DNA of 64,000 nucleotides from Eledone cirrhosa (lineage: Eukaryota). How positions within the stretch are numbered: the stretch's first letter is position 1; every line of letters starts with the position of its first letter. Position numbers and translations under genes: made by a program. Shown here piece by piece: positions 28,341 through 44,000 of the stretch. The notes below the pieces were generated by a model that saw only the letters and a program-made list of their open reading frames with translations, did no database searches and was not told where the DNA came from. The stretch covers positions 22,134,001-22,198,000 of the forward strand of contig OZ024744.1 in assembly GCA_964016885.1 (NCBI GenBank). Reading direction: 5' to 3'.

Positions 28341-31300
28341 ACATAGATAACATAGAGTGAGATGTTGTCTTGGTGGTCAGTTAGGTTGACATAGATAACA
28401 TAGGTGGGATGTTGTCGTGGTGGTCAGTTAGGTTGACATAGATAACATAGAGTGAGATGTTGTCGTGGTGGTCAGTTAGGTTGACATAGATAACATAGGT
28501 GGGATGTTGTCGTGGTGGTCAGTTAGGTTGACATAGATAACATAGGTGGGATGTTGTCGTGGTGGTCAGTTAGGTTGACATAGATAATATAGAGTGAGAT
28601 GTTTTCGTGATGGTCAGTTAGGTTGACATAGATAACATAGATGGGATGTTGTCGTGGTCAGTTAGGTTGATATAGATAACATTGGTGGGATGTTGTCGTA
28701 GTCAGTTAGGTTGACATAGATAACATAGAGTGAGATGGTGTCGTGGTGGTCAGTTAGGTTGACATAGATAACATACGTGAGATGTTGTCGTGGTGGTCAG
28801 TTAGGTTGACATAGATAATATAGAGTGAGATGTTGTCGTGGTGGTCAGTTAGGTTGACATAGATAACATAGGTGGGATGTTGTCGTGGTCAGTTAGGTTG
28901 ACATAGATAACATAGGTGGGATGTTGTCGTGGTCAGTTAGGGTGACATAGATAACATAGGTGGGATGTTGTCGTGGTGGTCAGTTAGGTTGACATAGATA
29001 ACATAGGTGGTATGTTGTCGTGGTTAGTTAGGTTGACATAGATAACATAGAGTGAGATGTTGTCGTGGTGGTCAGTTAGGTTGACATAGATAACATAGGT
29101 GGGATGTTGTCGTGGTGGTCAGTTAGGTTGACATAGATAACATAGGTGGGATGTTGTCGGGGTGGTCAGTTAGGTTGACATAGATAACATAGGTGGGATG
29201 GTGTCGTGGTGGTCAGTTAGGTTGACATAGTTAACATAGGTGAGATGTTGTCGTGGTGGTCAGTTAGGTTGACATAGATAACATAGAGTGAGATGTTGTC
29301 GTGGTGGTCAGTTAGGTTGACATAGATAATATAGAGTGAGATGTTGTCGTGATGGTCAGTTAGGTTGACATAGATAACATAGGTGGGATGTTGTCGTGGT
29401 CAGTTAGGTTGATATAGATAACATAGGTGGGATGTAGTCGTGGTGGTCAGTTAGGTTGACATAGATAACATAGAGTGAGATGTTGTCGTGGTGGTCAGTT
29501 AGGTTGACATAGATAATATAGAGTGAGATGTTGTCGTGATGGTCAGTTGGGTTGACATAGATAACATAGGTGGGATGTTGTCGTGGTCAGTTAGGTTGAC
29601 ATAGATAACATAGGTTGGATGTTGTCGTGGTGGTCAGTTAGGTTGACATAGATAACATAGGTGGGATGTTGTCGTGGTCAGTTAGGTTGACATATATAAC
29701 ATAGAGTGAGATGTTGTCGTGGTTGTCAGTTAGGTTGACATAGATAACATAGAGATGTTGTCGTGGTGGTCAGTTAGGTTGACATAGAAAACATAGGTGG
29801 GATGTTGTCGTGGTGGTCAGTTAGGTTGACATAGATAACATAGGTGGGATGTTATCGTGGTGGTCAGTTAGGTTGACATAGATAACATAGAGTGAGATAT
29901 TGTCGTGGTGGTCAGTTAGGTTGACATAGATAACATAGGTGGCATGTTGTCGTGGTGGTCAGTTAGGTTTACATAGATAACATAGAGTGAGATGTTGTCT
30001 TGGTGGTCAGTTAGGTTGACATAGATAACATAGGTGGGATGTTGTCGTGGTGGTCAGTTAGGTTGACATAGATAACATAGAGTGAGATGTTGTCGTGGTG
30101 GTCAGTTAGGTTGACATAGATAACATAGGTGGGATGTTGTCGTGGTGGTCAGTTAGGTTGACATAGATAACATAGGTGGGATGTTGTCGTGGTGGTCAGT
30201 TAGGTTGACATAGATAATATAGAGTGAGATGTTTTCGTGATGGTCAGTTAGGTTGACATAGATAACATAGATGGGATGTTGTCGTGGTCAGTTAGGTTGA
30301 TATAGATAACATTGGTGGGATGTTGTCGTAGTCAGTTAGGTTGACATAGATAACATAGAGTGAGATGGTGTCGTGGTGGTCAGTTAGGTTGACATAGATA
30401 ACATACGTGAGATGTTGTCGTGGTGGTCAGTTAGGTTGACATAGATAATATAGAGTGAGATGTTGTCGTGGTGGTCAGTTAGGTTGACATAGATAACATA
30501 GGTGGGATGTTGTCGTGGTCAGTTAGGTTGACATAGATAACATAGGTGGGATGTTGTCGTGGTCAGTTAGGGTGACATAGATAACATAGGTGGGATGTTG
30601 TCGTGGTGGTCAGTTAGGTTGACATAGATAACATAGGTGGTATGTTGTCGTGGTTAGTTAGGTTGACATAGATAACATAGAGTGAGATGTTGTCGTGGTG
30701 GTCAGTTAGGTTGACATAGATAACATAGGTGGGATGTTGTCGTGGTGGTCAGTTAGGTTGACATAGATAACATAGGTGGGATGTTGTCGGGGTGGTCAGT
30801 TAGGTTGACATAGATAACATAGGTGGGATGGTGTCGTGGTGGTCAGTTAGGTTGACATAGTTAACATAGGTGAGATGTTGTCGTGGTGGTCAGTTAGGTT
30901 GACATAGATAACATAGAGTGAGATGTTGTCGTGGTGGTCAGTTAGGTTGACATAGATAATATAGAGTGAGATGTTGTCGTGATGGTCAGTTAGGTTGACA
31001 TAGATAACATAGGTGGGATGTTGTCGTGGTCATTTAGGTTGATATAGATAACATAGGTGGGATGTAGTCGTGGTGGTCAGTTAGGTTGACATAGATAACA
31101 TAGAGTGAGATGTTGTCGTGGTGGTCAGTTAGGTTGACATAGATAATATAGAGTGAGATGTTGTCGTGATGGTCAGTTAGGTTGACATAGATAACATAGG
31201 TGGGATGTTGTCGTGGTCAGTTAGGTTGACATAGATAACATAGGTTGGATGTTGTCGTGGTGGTCAGTTAGGTTGACATAGATAACATAGGTGGGATGTT

Positions 31301-31625
31301 GTCGTGGTCAGTTAGGTTGACATATATAACATAGAGTGAGATGTTGTCGTGGTTGTCAGTTAGGTTGACATAGATAACATAGAGATGTTGTCGTGGTGGT
31401 CAGTTAGGTTGACATAGAAAACATAGGTGGGATGTTGTCGTGGTGGTCAGTTAGGTTGACATAGATAACATAGGTGGGATGTTATCGTGGTGGTCAGTTA
31501 GGTTGACATAGATAACATAGAGTGAGATATTGTCGTGGTGGTCAGTTAGGTTGACATAGATAACATAGGTGGCATGTTGTCGTGGTGGTCAGTTAGGTTT
31601 ACATAGATAACATAGAGTGAGATGT
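28340..31625. repeat. Near-perfect tandem duplication of a 1,630-bp block (~35 monomers)
   Basis: Constant 1,630 offset for gttttcgtga (28601/30231), acatacgtga (28771/30401), tggttagtta (29021/30651), taggttggat (29611/31241). Confidence 0.9.
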
Positions 31626-34600
31626 TGTCGTGGTGGTCAGTTAGGTTGACATAGATAACATAGGTGGGATGTTGTCGTGGTGGTCAGTTAGGTTGACATA
31701 GATAACATAGGTGGGATGTAGTCGTGGTTGTCAGTTAGGTTGACATAGATAACATAGAGTGAGATGTTGTCATGGTGGTCAGTTAGGTTGACATAGATAA
31801 CATAGGTGGGATGTTGTCGTGGTGGTCAGTTAGGTTGACATTGATAACATAGAGTGAGATGTTGTCGTGGTGGTCAGTTAGGTTGACATAGATAACATAG
31901 GTGGGATGGTGTCGTGGTGGTCAGTTAGGGTGACATAGATAACATAGAGTGAGATGTTGTCTTGGTGGTCAGTTAGGTTGACATAGATAACATAGGTGGG
32001 ATGATGTCATGGTCAGTTAGTTTGACATAGATAACATAGAGTGAGATGTTGTCGTGGTGGTCAGTTAGGTTGACATAGATAACATAGGTGGGATGTTGTC
32101 GGGGTGGTCAGTTAGGTTGACATAGATAACATAGAGTGAGATGGTGTCGTGGTGGTCAGTTAGGTTGACATAGATAACATAGTTGAGATGTTGTCGTGGT
32201 GGTCAGTTAGGTTGACATAGATAATATAGAGTGAGATGTTGTCGTGGTGGTCAGTTAGGTTGACATAGATAACATAGGTGGGATGTTGTCGTGGTCAGTT
32301 AGGTTGACATAGATAACATAGGTGGTATGTTGTCGTGGTCAGTTAGGTTGACATAGATAACATAGAGTGAGATGTTGTCGTGGTGGTCAGTTAGGTTGAC
32401 ATAGATAACATAGGTGGGATGTTGTCGTGGTCAGTTAGGGTGACATAGATAACATAGGTGGGATGTTGTCGTGGTGGTCAGTTAGGTTGACATAGATAAC
32501 ATAGGTGGTATGTTGTCGTGGTCAGTTAGGTTGACATAGATAACATAGAGTGAGATGTTGTCGTGGTGGTCAGTTAGGTTGACATAGATAACATAGGTGG
32601 GATGTTGTCGTGGTGGTCAGTTAGGTTGACATAGATAACATAGGTGGGATGTTGTCGGGGTGGTCAGTTAGGTTGACATAGATAACATAGGTGGGATGGT
32701 GTCGTGGTGGTCAGTTAGGTTGACATAGTTAACATAGGTGAGATGTTGTCGTGGTGGTCAGTTAGGTTGACATAGATAACATAGAGTGAGATGTTGTCGT
32801 GGTGGTCAGTTAGGTTGACATAGATAACATAGGTGGGATGTTGTCGTGGTGGTCAGTTAGGTTGACATAGATAACATAGGTGGGATGTTGTCGTGGTGGT
32901 CAGTTAGGTTGACATAGATAACATAGAGTCAGATGTTGTCGTGGTGGTCAGTTAGGTTGACATAGATAACATAGAGTGAGATGTTGTCGTGGTGGTCAGT
33001 TAGGTTGACATAGATAACATAGAGTGGGATGTTGTCGTTGTGGTCAGTTAGGTTGACATAGATAACATAGAGTGAGATGTTGTCTTGGTGGTCAGTTAGG
33101 TTGACATAGATAACATAGGTGGCATATTGTCGTGGTGGTCAGTTAGGTTGACATAGATAACATAGAGTGAGATGTTGTCGTGGTGGTCAGTTAGGTTGAC
33201 ATAGATAACATAGGTGGGATGTTGTCGTGGTGGTCAGTTAGGTTGACATAGATAACATAGGTGGGATGTTGTCGTGGTGGTCAGTTAGGTTGACATAGAT
33301 AATATAGAGTGAGATGTTTTCGTGATGGTCAGTTAGGTTGACATAGATAACATAGGTGGGATGTTGTCGTGGTCAGTTAGGTTGATATAGATAACATTGG
33401 TGGGATGTTGTCATGGTCAGTTAGGTTGACATAGATAACATAGAGTGAGATGGTGTCGTGGTGGTCAGTTTGGTTGACATAGATAACATACGTGAGATGT
33501 TGTCGTGGTGGTCAGTTAGGTTGACATAGATAATATAGAGTGAGATGTTGTCGTGGTGGTCAGTTAGGTTGACATAGATAACATAGGTGGGATGTTGTCG
33601 TGGTCAGTTAGGTTGACATAGATAACATAGGTGGGATGTTGTCGTGGTCAGTTAGGGTGACATAGATAACATAGGTGGGATGTTGTCGTGGTGGTCAGTT
33701 AGGTTGACATAGATAACATAGGTGGTATGTTGTCGTGGTTAGTTAGGTTGACATAGATAACAGAGTGAGATGTTGTCGTGGTGGTCAGTTAGGTTGACAT
33801 AGATAACATAGGTGGGATGTTGTCGTGGTGGTCAGTTAGGTTGACATAGATAACATAGGTGGGATGTTGTCGGGGTGGTCAGTTAGGTTGACATAGATAA
33901 CATAGGTGGGATGGTGTCGTGGTGGTCAGTTAGGTTGACATAGTTAACATAGGTGAGATGTTGTCGTGGTGGTCAGTTAGGTTGACATAGATAACATAGA
34001 GTGAGATGTTGTCGTGGTGGTCAGTTAGGTTGACATAGATAATATAGAGTGAGATGTTGTCGTGATGGTCAGTTAGGTTGACATAGATAACATAGGTGGG
34101 ATGTTGTCGTGGTCAGTTAGGTTGATATAGATAACATAGGTGGGATGTAGTCGTGGTTGTCAGTTAGGTTGACATAGATAACATAGGTGGTATGTTGTCG
34201 TGGTCAGTTAGGTTGACATAGATAACATAGAGTGAGATGTTGTCGTGGTGGTCAGTTAGGTTGACATAGATAACATAGGTGGGATGTTGTCGTGGTGGTC
34301 AGTTAGGTTGACATAGATAACATAGGTGGGATGTTGTCGGGGTGGTCAGTTAGGTTGACATAGATAACATAGGTGGGATGGTGTCGTGGTGGTCAGTTAG
34401 GTTGACATAGTTAACATAGGTGAGATGTTGTCGTGGTGGTCAGTTAGATTGACATAGATAACATAGAGTGAGATGTTGTCGTGGTGGTCAGTTAGGTTGA
34501 CATAGATAACATAGGTGGGATGTTGTCGTGGTGGTCAGTTAGGTTGACATAGATAACAGGTGGGATGTTGTCGTGGTGGTCAGTTAGGTTGACATAGATA

Positions 34601-37600
34601 ACATAGAGTCAGATGTTGTCGTGGTGGTCAGTTAGGTTGACATAGATAACATAGAGTGAGGTGTTGTCGTGATGGTCAGTTAGGTTGACATAGATAACAT
34701 AGGTGGGATGTTGTCGTGGTCAGTTAGGTTGATATAGATAACATTGGTGGGATGTTGTCGTGGTCAGTTAGGTTGACATAGATAACATAGGTGGGATGTT
34801 GTCGTGGTGGTCAGTTAGGTTGACATAGATAACATAGGTGGGATGTTGTCGTGGTGGTCAGTTAGGTTGACATAGATAACATAGAGTCAGATGTTGTCGT
34901 GGTGGTCAGTTAGGTTGACATAGATAACATAGAGTGAGATGTTGTCGTGGTGGTCAGTTAGGTTGACATAGATAACATAGGTGGGATGTTGTCGTGGTGG
35001 TCAGTTAGGTTGACATAGATAACATAGAGTGGGATGTTGTCGTGGTGGTCAGTTAGGTTGACATAGATAACATAGGTGGGATGTTGTCGTGGTGGTCAGT
35101 TAGGTTGACATAGATAACATAAAGTGAGATGTTGTCTTGGTGGTCAGTTAGGTTGACATAGATAACATAGGTGGGATGTTGTCGTGGTCACTTAGTTTGA
35201 CATAGATAACATAGAGTGAGATGTTGTCGTGGTGGTCAGTTAGGTTGACATAGATAACATAGGTGGGATGTTGTCGGGGTGGTCAGTTAGGTTGACATAG
35301 ATAACATAGAGTGAGATGGTGTCGTGGTGGTCAGTTAGGTTGACATAGATAACATAGGTGAGATGTTGTCGTGGTGGTCAGTTAGGTTGACATAGATAAT
35401 ATAGAGTGAGATGTTGTCGTGGTGGTCAGTTAGGTTGACATAGATAACATAGGTGGGATGTTGTCGTGGTCAGTTAGGTTGACATAGATAACATAGGTGG
35501 TATGTTGTCGTGGTCAGTTAGGTTGACATAGATAACATAGAGTGAGATGTTGTCGTGGTGGTCAGTTAGGTTGACATAGATAACATAGGTGGGATGTTGT
35601 CGTGGTGGTCAGTTAGGTTGACATAGATAACATAGGTGGGATGTTGTCGGGGTGGTCAGTTAGGTTGACATAGATAACATAGGTGGGATGGTGTCGTGGA
35701 CAGTTAGGTTGCCATAGATAACATAGAGTGAGATGCTGTCGTGGTGGTCAGTTAGGTTGACATAGATAACATAGGTGGGATGTTGTCGGGGTGGTCAGTT
35801 AGGTTGACATAGATAACATAGAGTGGGTTGTGGTCGTGGTGGTCAGTTAGGTTGACATAGATAACATAGGTGGGATGTTGTCGTGGTCAGTTAGGGTGAC
35901 ATAGATAACATAGGTGGGATGTTGTCGTGGTGGTCAGTTAGGTTGACATAGATTACATAGGTGGTATGTTGTCGTGGTCAGTTAGGTAGACATAGATAAC
36001 ATAGAGTGAGATGTTGTCGTGGTGGTCAGTTAGGTTGACATAGATAACATAGGTGGGATGTTGTCGTGGTGGTCAGTTATGTTGACATAGATAACATAGA
36101 GTGAGATGGTGACGTGGTGGTCAGTTAGGTTGACATAGATAACATATGTGGTATGTTGTCGTGGTCAGTTAGGTTGACATAGATAACATAGGTGGGATGT
36201 TGTCGTGGTGGTCAGTTAGGTTGACATAGATAACATAGGTGGGATGTTGTCGTGGTCAGTTAGGTTGACATATATAACATAGAGTGAGATGTTGTCGTGG
36301 TTGTCAGTAAGGTTGACATAGATAACATAGAGTGAGATGTTGTCGTGGTGGTCAGTTAGGTTGACATAGAAAACATAGGTGGGATGTTGTCGCGGTGGTC
36401 TGTTAGGTTGACATAGATAACATAGATGGGATGTTGTCGTGGTGGTCAGTTAGGTTGACATAGATAACATAGAGTGAGATGTTGTCGTGGTGGTCAGTTA
36501 GGTTGACATAGATAACATAGAGTGAGATATTGTCGTGGTGGTCAGTTAGGTTGACATAGATAACATAGGTGGCATGTTGTCGTGGTGGTCAGTTAGGTTT
36601 ACATAGATAACATAGAGTGATATGCTGTCTTGGTGGTCAGTTAGGTTGACATAGATAACATAGGTGGGATGTTGTCGTGGTGGTCAGTTAGGTTGACATA
36701 GATAACATAGGTGGGATGTAGTCGTGGTGGTCAGTTAGGTTGACATAGTTAACATAGGTGGGATGTTGTGGTGGTCAGTTAGGTTGACATAGATAACATA
36801 GGTGGGGTGTTGTCGTGGTCAGTTAGGGTGACATAGATAACATAGAGTGAGATGTTGTCATGGTGGTCAGTTAGGTTGACATAGATAACATAGGTGGGAT
36901 GTTGTCGTGGTGGTCAGGTAGGTTGACATAGATAACATAGGTGGGATGTTGTGGTGGTCAGTTAGGTTGACATAGTTAACATAGGTGGGATGTTGTCGTG
37001 GTCAGTTAGGGTGACATAGATAACATAGAGTGAGATGTTGTCATGGTGGTCAGTTAGGTTGACATAGATAACATAGGTGGGATGTTGTCGTGGTGGTCAG
37101 GTAGGTTGACATAGATAACATAGGTGGGATGTTGTCGTGGTGGTCAGTTAGGTTGACATAGATAACATAGAGTGAGATGTTGTCGTGGTGGTCAGTTAGG
37201 TTGACATAGATAACATAGGTGGGATGTTGTCGTGGTGGTCAGTTAGGTTGACATAGATAACATAGGTGGGATGTTGTCGTGGTGGTCAGTTAGGTTGACA
37301 TAGATAACATAGAGTCAGATGTTGTCGTGGTGGTCAGTTAGGTTGACATAGATAACATAGAGTGAGATGTTGTCATGGTGGTCAGTTAGGTTGACATAGA
37401 TAACATAGGTGGGATGTTGTCGTGGTGGTCAGTTAGGTTGACATAGATAACATAGAGTGAGATGTTGTCGTGGTGGTCAGTTAGGTTGACATAGATAACA
37501 TAGGTGGGATGTTGTCGTGGTGGTCAGTTAGGTTGACATAGATAACATAGGTGGGATGTTGTCGTGGTGGTCAGTTAGGTTGACATAGATAACATAGAGT

Positions 37601-38099
37601 CAGATGTTGTCGTGGTGGTCAGTTAGGTTGACATAGATAACATAGAGTGAGATGTTGTCGTGATGGTCAGTTAGGTTGACATAGATAACATAGGTGGGAT
37701 GTTGTCGTGGTCAGTTAGGTTGATATAGATAACATTGGTGGGATGTTGTCGTGGTCAGTTAGGTTGACATAGATAACATAGGTGGGATGTTGTCGTGGTG
37801 GTCAGTTAGGTTGACATAGATAACATAGGTGGGATGTTGTCGTGGTGGTCAGTTAGGTTGACATAGATAACATAGAGTCAGATGTTGTCGTGGTGGTCAG
37901 TTAGGTTGACATAGATAACATAGAGTGAGGTGTTGTCGTGGTGGTCAGTTAGGTTGACATAGATAACATAGGTGGGATGTTGTCGTGGTGGTCAGTTAGG
38001 TTGACATAGATAACATAGAGTGGGATGTTGCCGTGGTGGTCAGTTAGGTTGACATAGATAACATAGGTGGGATGTTGTCGTGGTGGTCAGTTAGGTTGA

Positions 38100-41000
38100 C
38101 ATAGATAACATAAAGTGAGATGTTGTCTTGGTGGTCAGTTAGGTTGACATAGATAACATAGGTGGGATGTTGTCGTGGTCACTTAGTTTGACATAGATAA
38201 CATAGAGTGAGATGTTGTCGTGGTGGTCAGTTAGGTTGACATAGCTAACATAGGTGGGATGTTGTCGGGGTGGTCAGTTAGGTTGACATAGATAACATAG
38301 AGTGAGATGGTGTCGTGGTGGTCAGTTAGGTTGACATAGATAACATAGGTGAGATGTTGTCGTGGTGGTCAGTTAGGTTGACATAGATAATATAGAGTGA
38401 GATGTTGTCGTGGTGGTCAGTTAGGTTGACATAGATAACATAGGTGGGATGTTGTCGTGGTCAGTTAGGTTGACATAGATAACATAGGTGGTATGTTGTC
38501 GTGGTCAGTTAGGTTGACATAGATAACATAGAGTGAGATGTTGTCGTGGTGGTCAGTTAGGTTGACATAGATAACATAGGTGGGATGTTGTCGTGGTGGT
38601 CAGTTAGGTTGACATAGATAACATAGGTGGGATGTTGTCGGGGTGGTCAGTTAGGTTGACATAGATAACATAGGTGGGATGGTGTCGTGGACAGTTAGGT
38701 TGACATAGATAACATAGAGTGAGATGCTGTCGTGGTGTTCAGTTAGGTTGACATAGATAACATAGGTGGGATGTTGTCGGGGTGGTCAGTTAGGTTGACA
38801 TAGATAACATAGAGTGGGATGTTGTCGTGGTGGTCAGTTAGGTTGACATAGATAACATAGGTGGGATGTTGTCGTGGTCAGTTAGGGTGACATAGATAAC
38901 ATAGGTGGGATGTTGTCGTGGTGGTCAGTTAGGTTGACATAGATTACATAGGTGGTATGTTGTCGTGGTCAGTTAGGTTGACATAGATAACATAGAGTGA
39001 GATGTTGTCGTGGTGGTCAGTTAGGTTGACATAGATAACATAGGTGGGATGTTGTCGTGGTGGTCAGTTATGTTGACATAGATAACATAGAGTGAGATGG
39101 TGACGTGGTGGTCAGTTAGGTTGACATAGATAACATATGTGGGATGTTGTCGTGGTCAGTTAGGTTGACATAGATAACATAGGTGGGATGTTGTCGTGGT
39201 GGTCAGTTAGGTTGACATAGATAACATAGGTGGGATGTTGTCGTGGTCAGTTAGGTTGACATATATAACATAGAGTGAGATGTTGTCGTGGTTGTCAGTA
39301 AGGTTGACATAGATAACATAGAGTGAGATGTTGTCGTGATGGTCAGTTAGGTTGACATAGATAACATAGGTGGGATGTTGTCGTGGTCAGTTAGGTTGAT
39401 ATAGATAACATTGGTGGGATGTTGTCGTGGTCAGTTAGGTTGACATAGATAACATAGGTGGGATGTTGTCGTGGTGGTCAGTTAGGTTGACATAGATAAC
39501 ATAGGTGGGATGTTGTCGTGGTGGTCAGTTAGGTTGACATAGATAACATAGAGTCAGATGTTGTCGTGGTGGTCAGTTAGGTTGACATAGATAACATAGA
39601 GTGAGGTGTTGTCGTGGTGGTCAGTTAGGTTGACATAGATAACATAGGTGGGATGTTGTCGTGGTGGTCAGTTAGGTTGACATAGATAACATAAAGTGAG
39701 ATGTTGTCGTGGTTGTCAGTAAGGTTGACATAGATAACATAGAGTGAGATGTTGTCGTGGTGGTCAGTTAGGTTGACATAGAAAACATAGGTGGGATGTT
39801 GTGGCGGTGGTCTGTTAGGTTGACATAGATAACATAGTTGGGATGTTGTCGTGGTGGTCAGTTAGGTTGACATAGATAACATAGAGTGAGATGTTGTCGT
39901 GGTGGTCAGTTAGGTTGACATAGATAACATAGAGTGAGATATTGTCGTGGTGGTCAGTTAGGTTGACATAGATAACATAGGTGGCATGTTGTCGTGGTGG
40001 TCAGTTAGGTTTACATAGATAACATAGAGTGATATGTTGTCGTGGTGGTCAGTTAGGTTGACATAGATAACATAGGTGGGATGTTGTCGTGGTGGTCAGT
40101 TAGGTTGACATAGATAACATAGGTGGGATGTAGTCGTGGTGGTCAGTTAGGTTCACATAGTTAACATAGGTGGGATGTTGTGGTGGTCAGTTAGGTTGAC
40201 ATAGATAACATAGGTGGGATGTTGTCGTGGTCAGTTAGGGTGACATAGATAACATAGGTGGGATGTTGTCGTGGTGGTCAGTTAGGTTGACATAGATAAC
40301 ATAGGTGGTATGTTGTCGTGGTCAGTTAGGTTGACATAGATAACATAGAGTGAGATGTTGTCGTGGTGGTCTGTTAGGTTGACATAGATAACATAGGTGG
40401 GATGTTGTCGTGGTGGTCAGTTAGGTTGACATAGATAACATAGAGTGAGATGGTGACGTGGTGGTCAGTTAGGTTGACATAGTTAACATAGGTGAGATGT
40501 TGTCGTGGTGGTCAGTTAGGTTGACATAGATAACATAGAGTGAGATGTTGTCGTGGTGGTCAGTTAGGTTGACATAGATAACATAGGTGGGATGTTGTCG
40601 TGGTCAGTTAGGTTGACATAGATAACATAGGTGGGATGTTGTTGTGGTGGTCTGTTAGGTTGACATAGATAACATAGGTGGGATGTTGTCGTGGTCAGTT
40701 AGGTTGACATATATAACATAGAGTGAGATGTTGTCGTGGTTGTCAGTTAGGTTGACATAGATAACATAGAGTGAGATGTTGTCGTGGTGGTCAGTTAGGT
40801 TGACATAGAAAACATAGATGGGATGTTGTCGTGGTGGTCAGTTAGGTTGACATAGATAACATAGGTGGGATGTTGTCGTGGTGGTCAGTTAGGTTGACAT
40901 AGATAACATAGAGTGAGATGTTGTCGTGGTGGTCAGTTAGGTTGACGTAGATAATATAGAGGGAGATGGTGTCGTGGTGGTCAGTTAGGTTGACATAGAT

Positions 41001-44000
41001 AACATAGGTGAGATGTTGTCGTGGTGGTCAGTTAGGTTGACATAGATAATATAGAGTGATATGTTGTCGTGGTGGTCAGTTAGGTTGACATAGATAACAT
41101 AGGTGGGATGTTGTCGTGGTGGTCAGTTAGGTTGACATAGATAACATAGGTGGGATGTTGTCGTGGTCAGTTAGGTTGACATAGATAACATAGGTGGTAT
41201 GTTGTCGTGGTCAGTTAGGTTGACATAGATAACATAGAGTGAGATGTTGTCGTGGTGGTCAGTTAGGTTGACATAGATAACATAGATGGGATGTTGTCGT
41301 GGTGGTCAGTTAGGTTGACATAGATAACATAGGTGGGATGTTGTCGGGGTGGTCAGTTAGGTTGACATAGATAACATAGGTGGGATGGTGTCGTGGACAG
41401 TTAGGTTGACATAGATAACATAGAGTGAGATGCTGTCGTGGTGGTCAGTTAGGTTGACATAGATAACATAGGTGGGATGTTGTCGGGGTGGTCAGTTAGG
41501 TTGACATAGATAACATAGAGTGGGATGTTGTCGTGGTGGTCAGTTAGGTTGACATAGATAACATAGGTGGGATGTTGTCGTGGTCAGTTAGGGTGACATA
41601 GATAACATAGGTGGGATGTTGTCGTGGTGGTCAGTTAGGTTGACATAGATTACATAGGTGGTATGTTGTCGTGGTCAGTTAGGTTGACATAGATAACATA
41701 GAGTGAGATGTTGTCGTGGTGGTCAGTTAGGTTGACATAGATAACATAGGTGGGATGTTGTCGTGGTGGTCAGTTATGTTGACATAGATAACATAGAGTG
41801 AGATGGTGACGTGGTGGTCAGTTAGGTTGACATAGATAACATAGAGTGAGATGTTGTCGTGGTGGTCAGTTAGGTTGACATAGATAACATAGGTGGGATG
41901 TTGTCGTGGTCAGTTAGGTTGACATAGATAACATAGGTGGGATGTTGTTGTGGTGGTCTGTTAGGTTGACATAGATAACATAGGTGGGATGTTGTCGTGG
42001 TCAGTTAGGTTGACATATATAACATAGAGTGAGATGTTGTCGTGGTTGTCAGTTAGGTTGACATAGATAACATAGAGTGAGATGTTGTCGTGGTGGTCAG
42101 TTAGGTTGACATAGAAAACATAGGTGGGATGTTGTCGTGGTGGTCAGTTAGGTTGACATAGATAACATAGGTGGGATGTTGTCGTGGTGGTCAGTTAGGT
42201 TGACATAGATAACATAGAGTGAGATGTTGTCGTGGTGGTCAGTTAGGTTGACGTAGATAACATAGAGGGAGATGGTATCGTGGTGGTCAGTTAGGTTGAC
42301 ATAGATAACATAGGTGAGATGTTGTCGTGGTGGTCAGTTAGGTTGACATAGATAATATAGAGTGATATGTTGTCGTGGTGGTCAGTTAGGTTGACATAGA
42401 TAACATAGGTGGGATGTTGTCGTGGTCAGTTAGGTTGACATAGATAACATAGGTGGTATGTTGTCGTGGTCAGTTAGGTTGACATAGATAACATAGAGTG
42501 AGATGTTGTCGTGGTGGTCAGTTAGGTTGACATAGATAACATAGGTGGGATGTTGTCGTGGTGGTCAGTTAGGTTGACATAGATAACATAGGTGGGATGT
42601 TGTCGGGGTGGTCAGTTAGGTTGACATAGATAACATAGGTGGGATGTTGTCGTGGTCAGTTAGGTTGACATTGATAACATAGAGTGAGATGCTGTCGTGG
42701 TGGTCAGTTAGGTTGACATAGATAACATAGGTGGGATGTTGTCGGGGTGGTCAGTTAGGTTGACATAGATAACATAGAGTGGGATGTTGTCGTGGTGGTC
42801 AGTTAGGTTGACATAGATAACATAGGTGGGATGTTGTCGTGGTCAGTTAGGGTGACATAGATAACATAGGTGGGATGTTGTCGTGGTGGTCAGTTAGGTT
42901 GACATAGATTACATAGGTGGTATGTTGTCGTTGTCAGTTAGGTTGACATAGATAACATAGAGTGAGATGTTGTCGTGGTGGTCAGTTAGGTTGACATAGA
43001 TAACATAGGTGGGATGTTGTCGTGGTGGTCAGTTATGTTGACATAGATAACATAGAGTGAGATGGTGACGTGGTGGTCAGTTAGGTTGACATAGATAACA
43101 TATGTGGGATGTTGTCGTGGTCAGTTAGGTTGACATAGATAACATAGGTGGGATGTTGTCGTGGTGGTCAGTTAGGTTGACATAGATAACATAGGTGGGA
43201 TGTTGTCGTGGTCAGTTAGGTTGACATATATAACATAGAGTGAGATGTTGTCGTGGTTGTCAGTAAGGTTGACATAGATAACATAGAGTGAGATGTTGTC
43301 GTGGTGGTCAGTTAGGTTGACATAGATAACATAGGTGGGATGTTGTCGTGGTCAGTTAGGTTGACATATATAACATAGAGTGAGATGTTGTCGTGGTTGT
43401 CAGTAAGGTTGACATAGATAACATAGAGTGAGATGTTGTCGTGGTGGTCAGTTAGGTTGACATAGAAAACATAGGTGGGATGTTGTCGCGGTGGTCTGTT
43501 AGGTTGACATAGATAACATAGATGGGATGTTGTCGTGGTGGTCAGTTAGGTTGACATAGATAACATAGAGTGAGATGTTGTCGTGGTGGTCAGTTAGGTT
43601 GACATAGATAACATAGAGTGAGATATTGTCGTGGTGGTCAGTTAGGTTGACATAGATAACATAGGTGGCATGTTGTCGTGGTGGTCAGTTAGGTTTACAT
43701 AGATAACATAGAGTGATATATTGTCGTGGTGGTCAGTTAGGTTGACATAGATAACATAGGTGGGATGTTGTCGTGGTGGTCAGTTAGGTTGACATAGATA
43801 ACATAGGTGGGATGTAGTCGTGGTGGTCAGTTAGGTTGACATAGTTAACATAGGTGGGATGTTGTGGTGGTCAGTTAGGTTGACATAGATAACATAGGTG
43901 GGATGTTGTCGTGGTCAGTTAGGGTGACATAGATAACATAGAGTGAGATGTTGTCATGGTGGTCAGTTAGGTTGACATAGATAACATAGGTGGGATGTTG

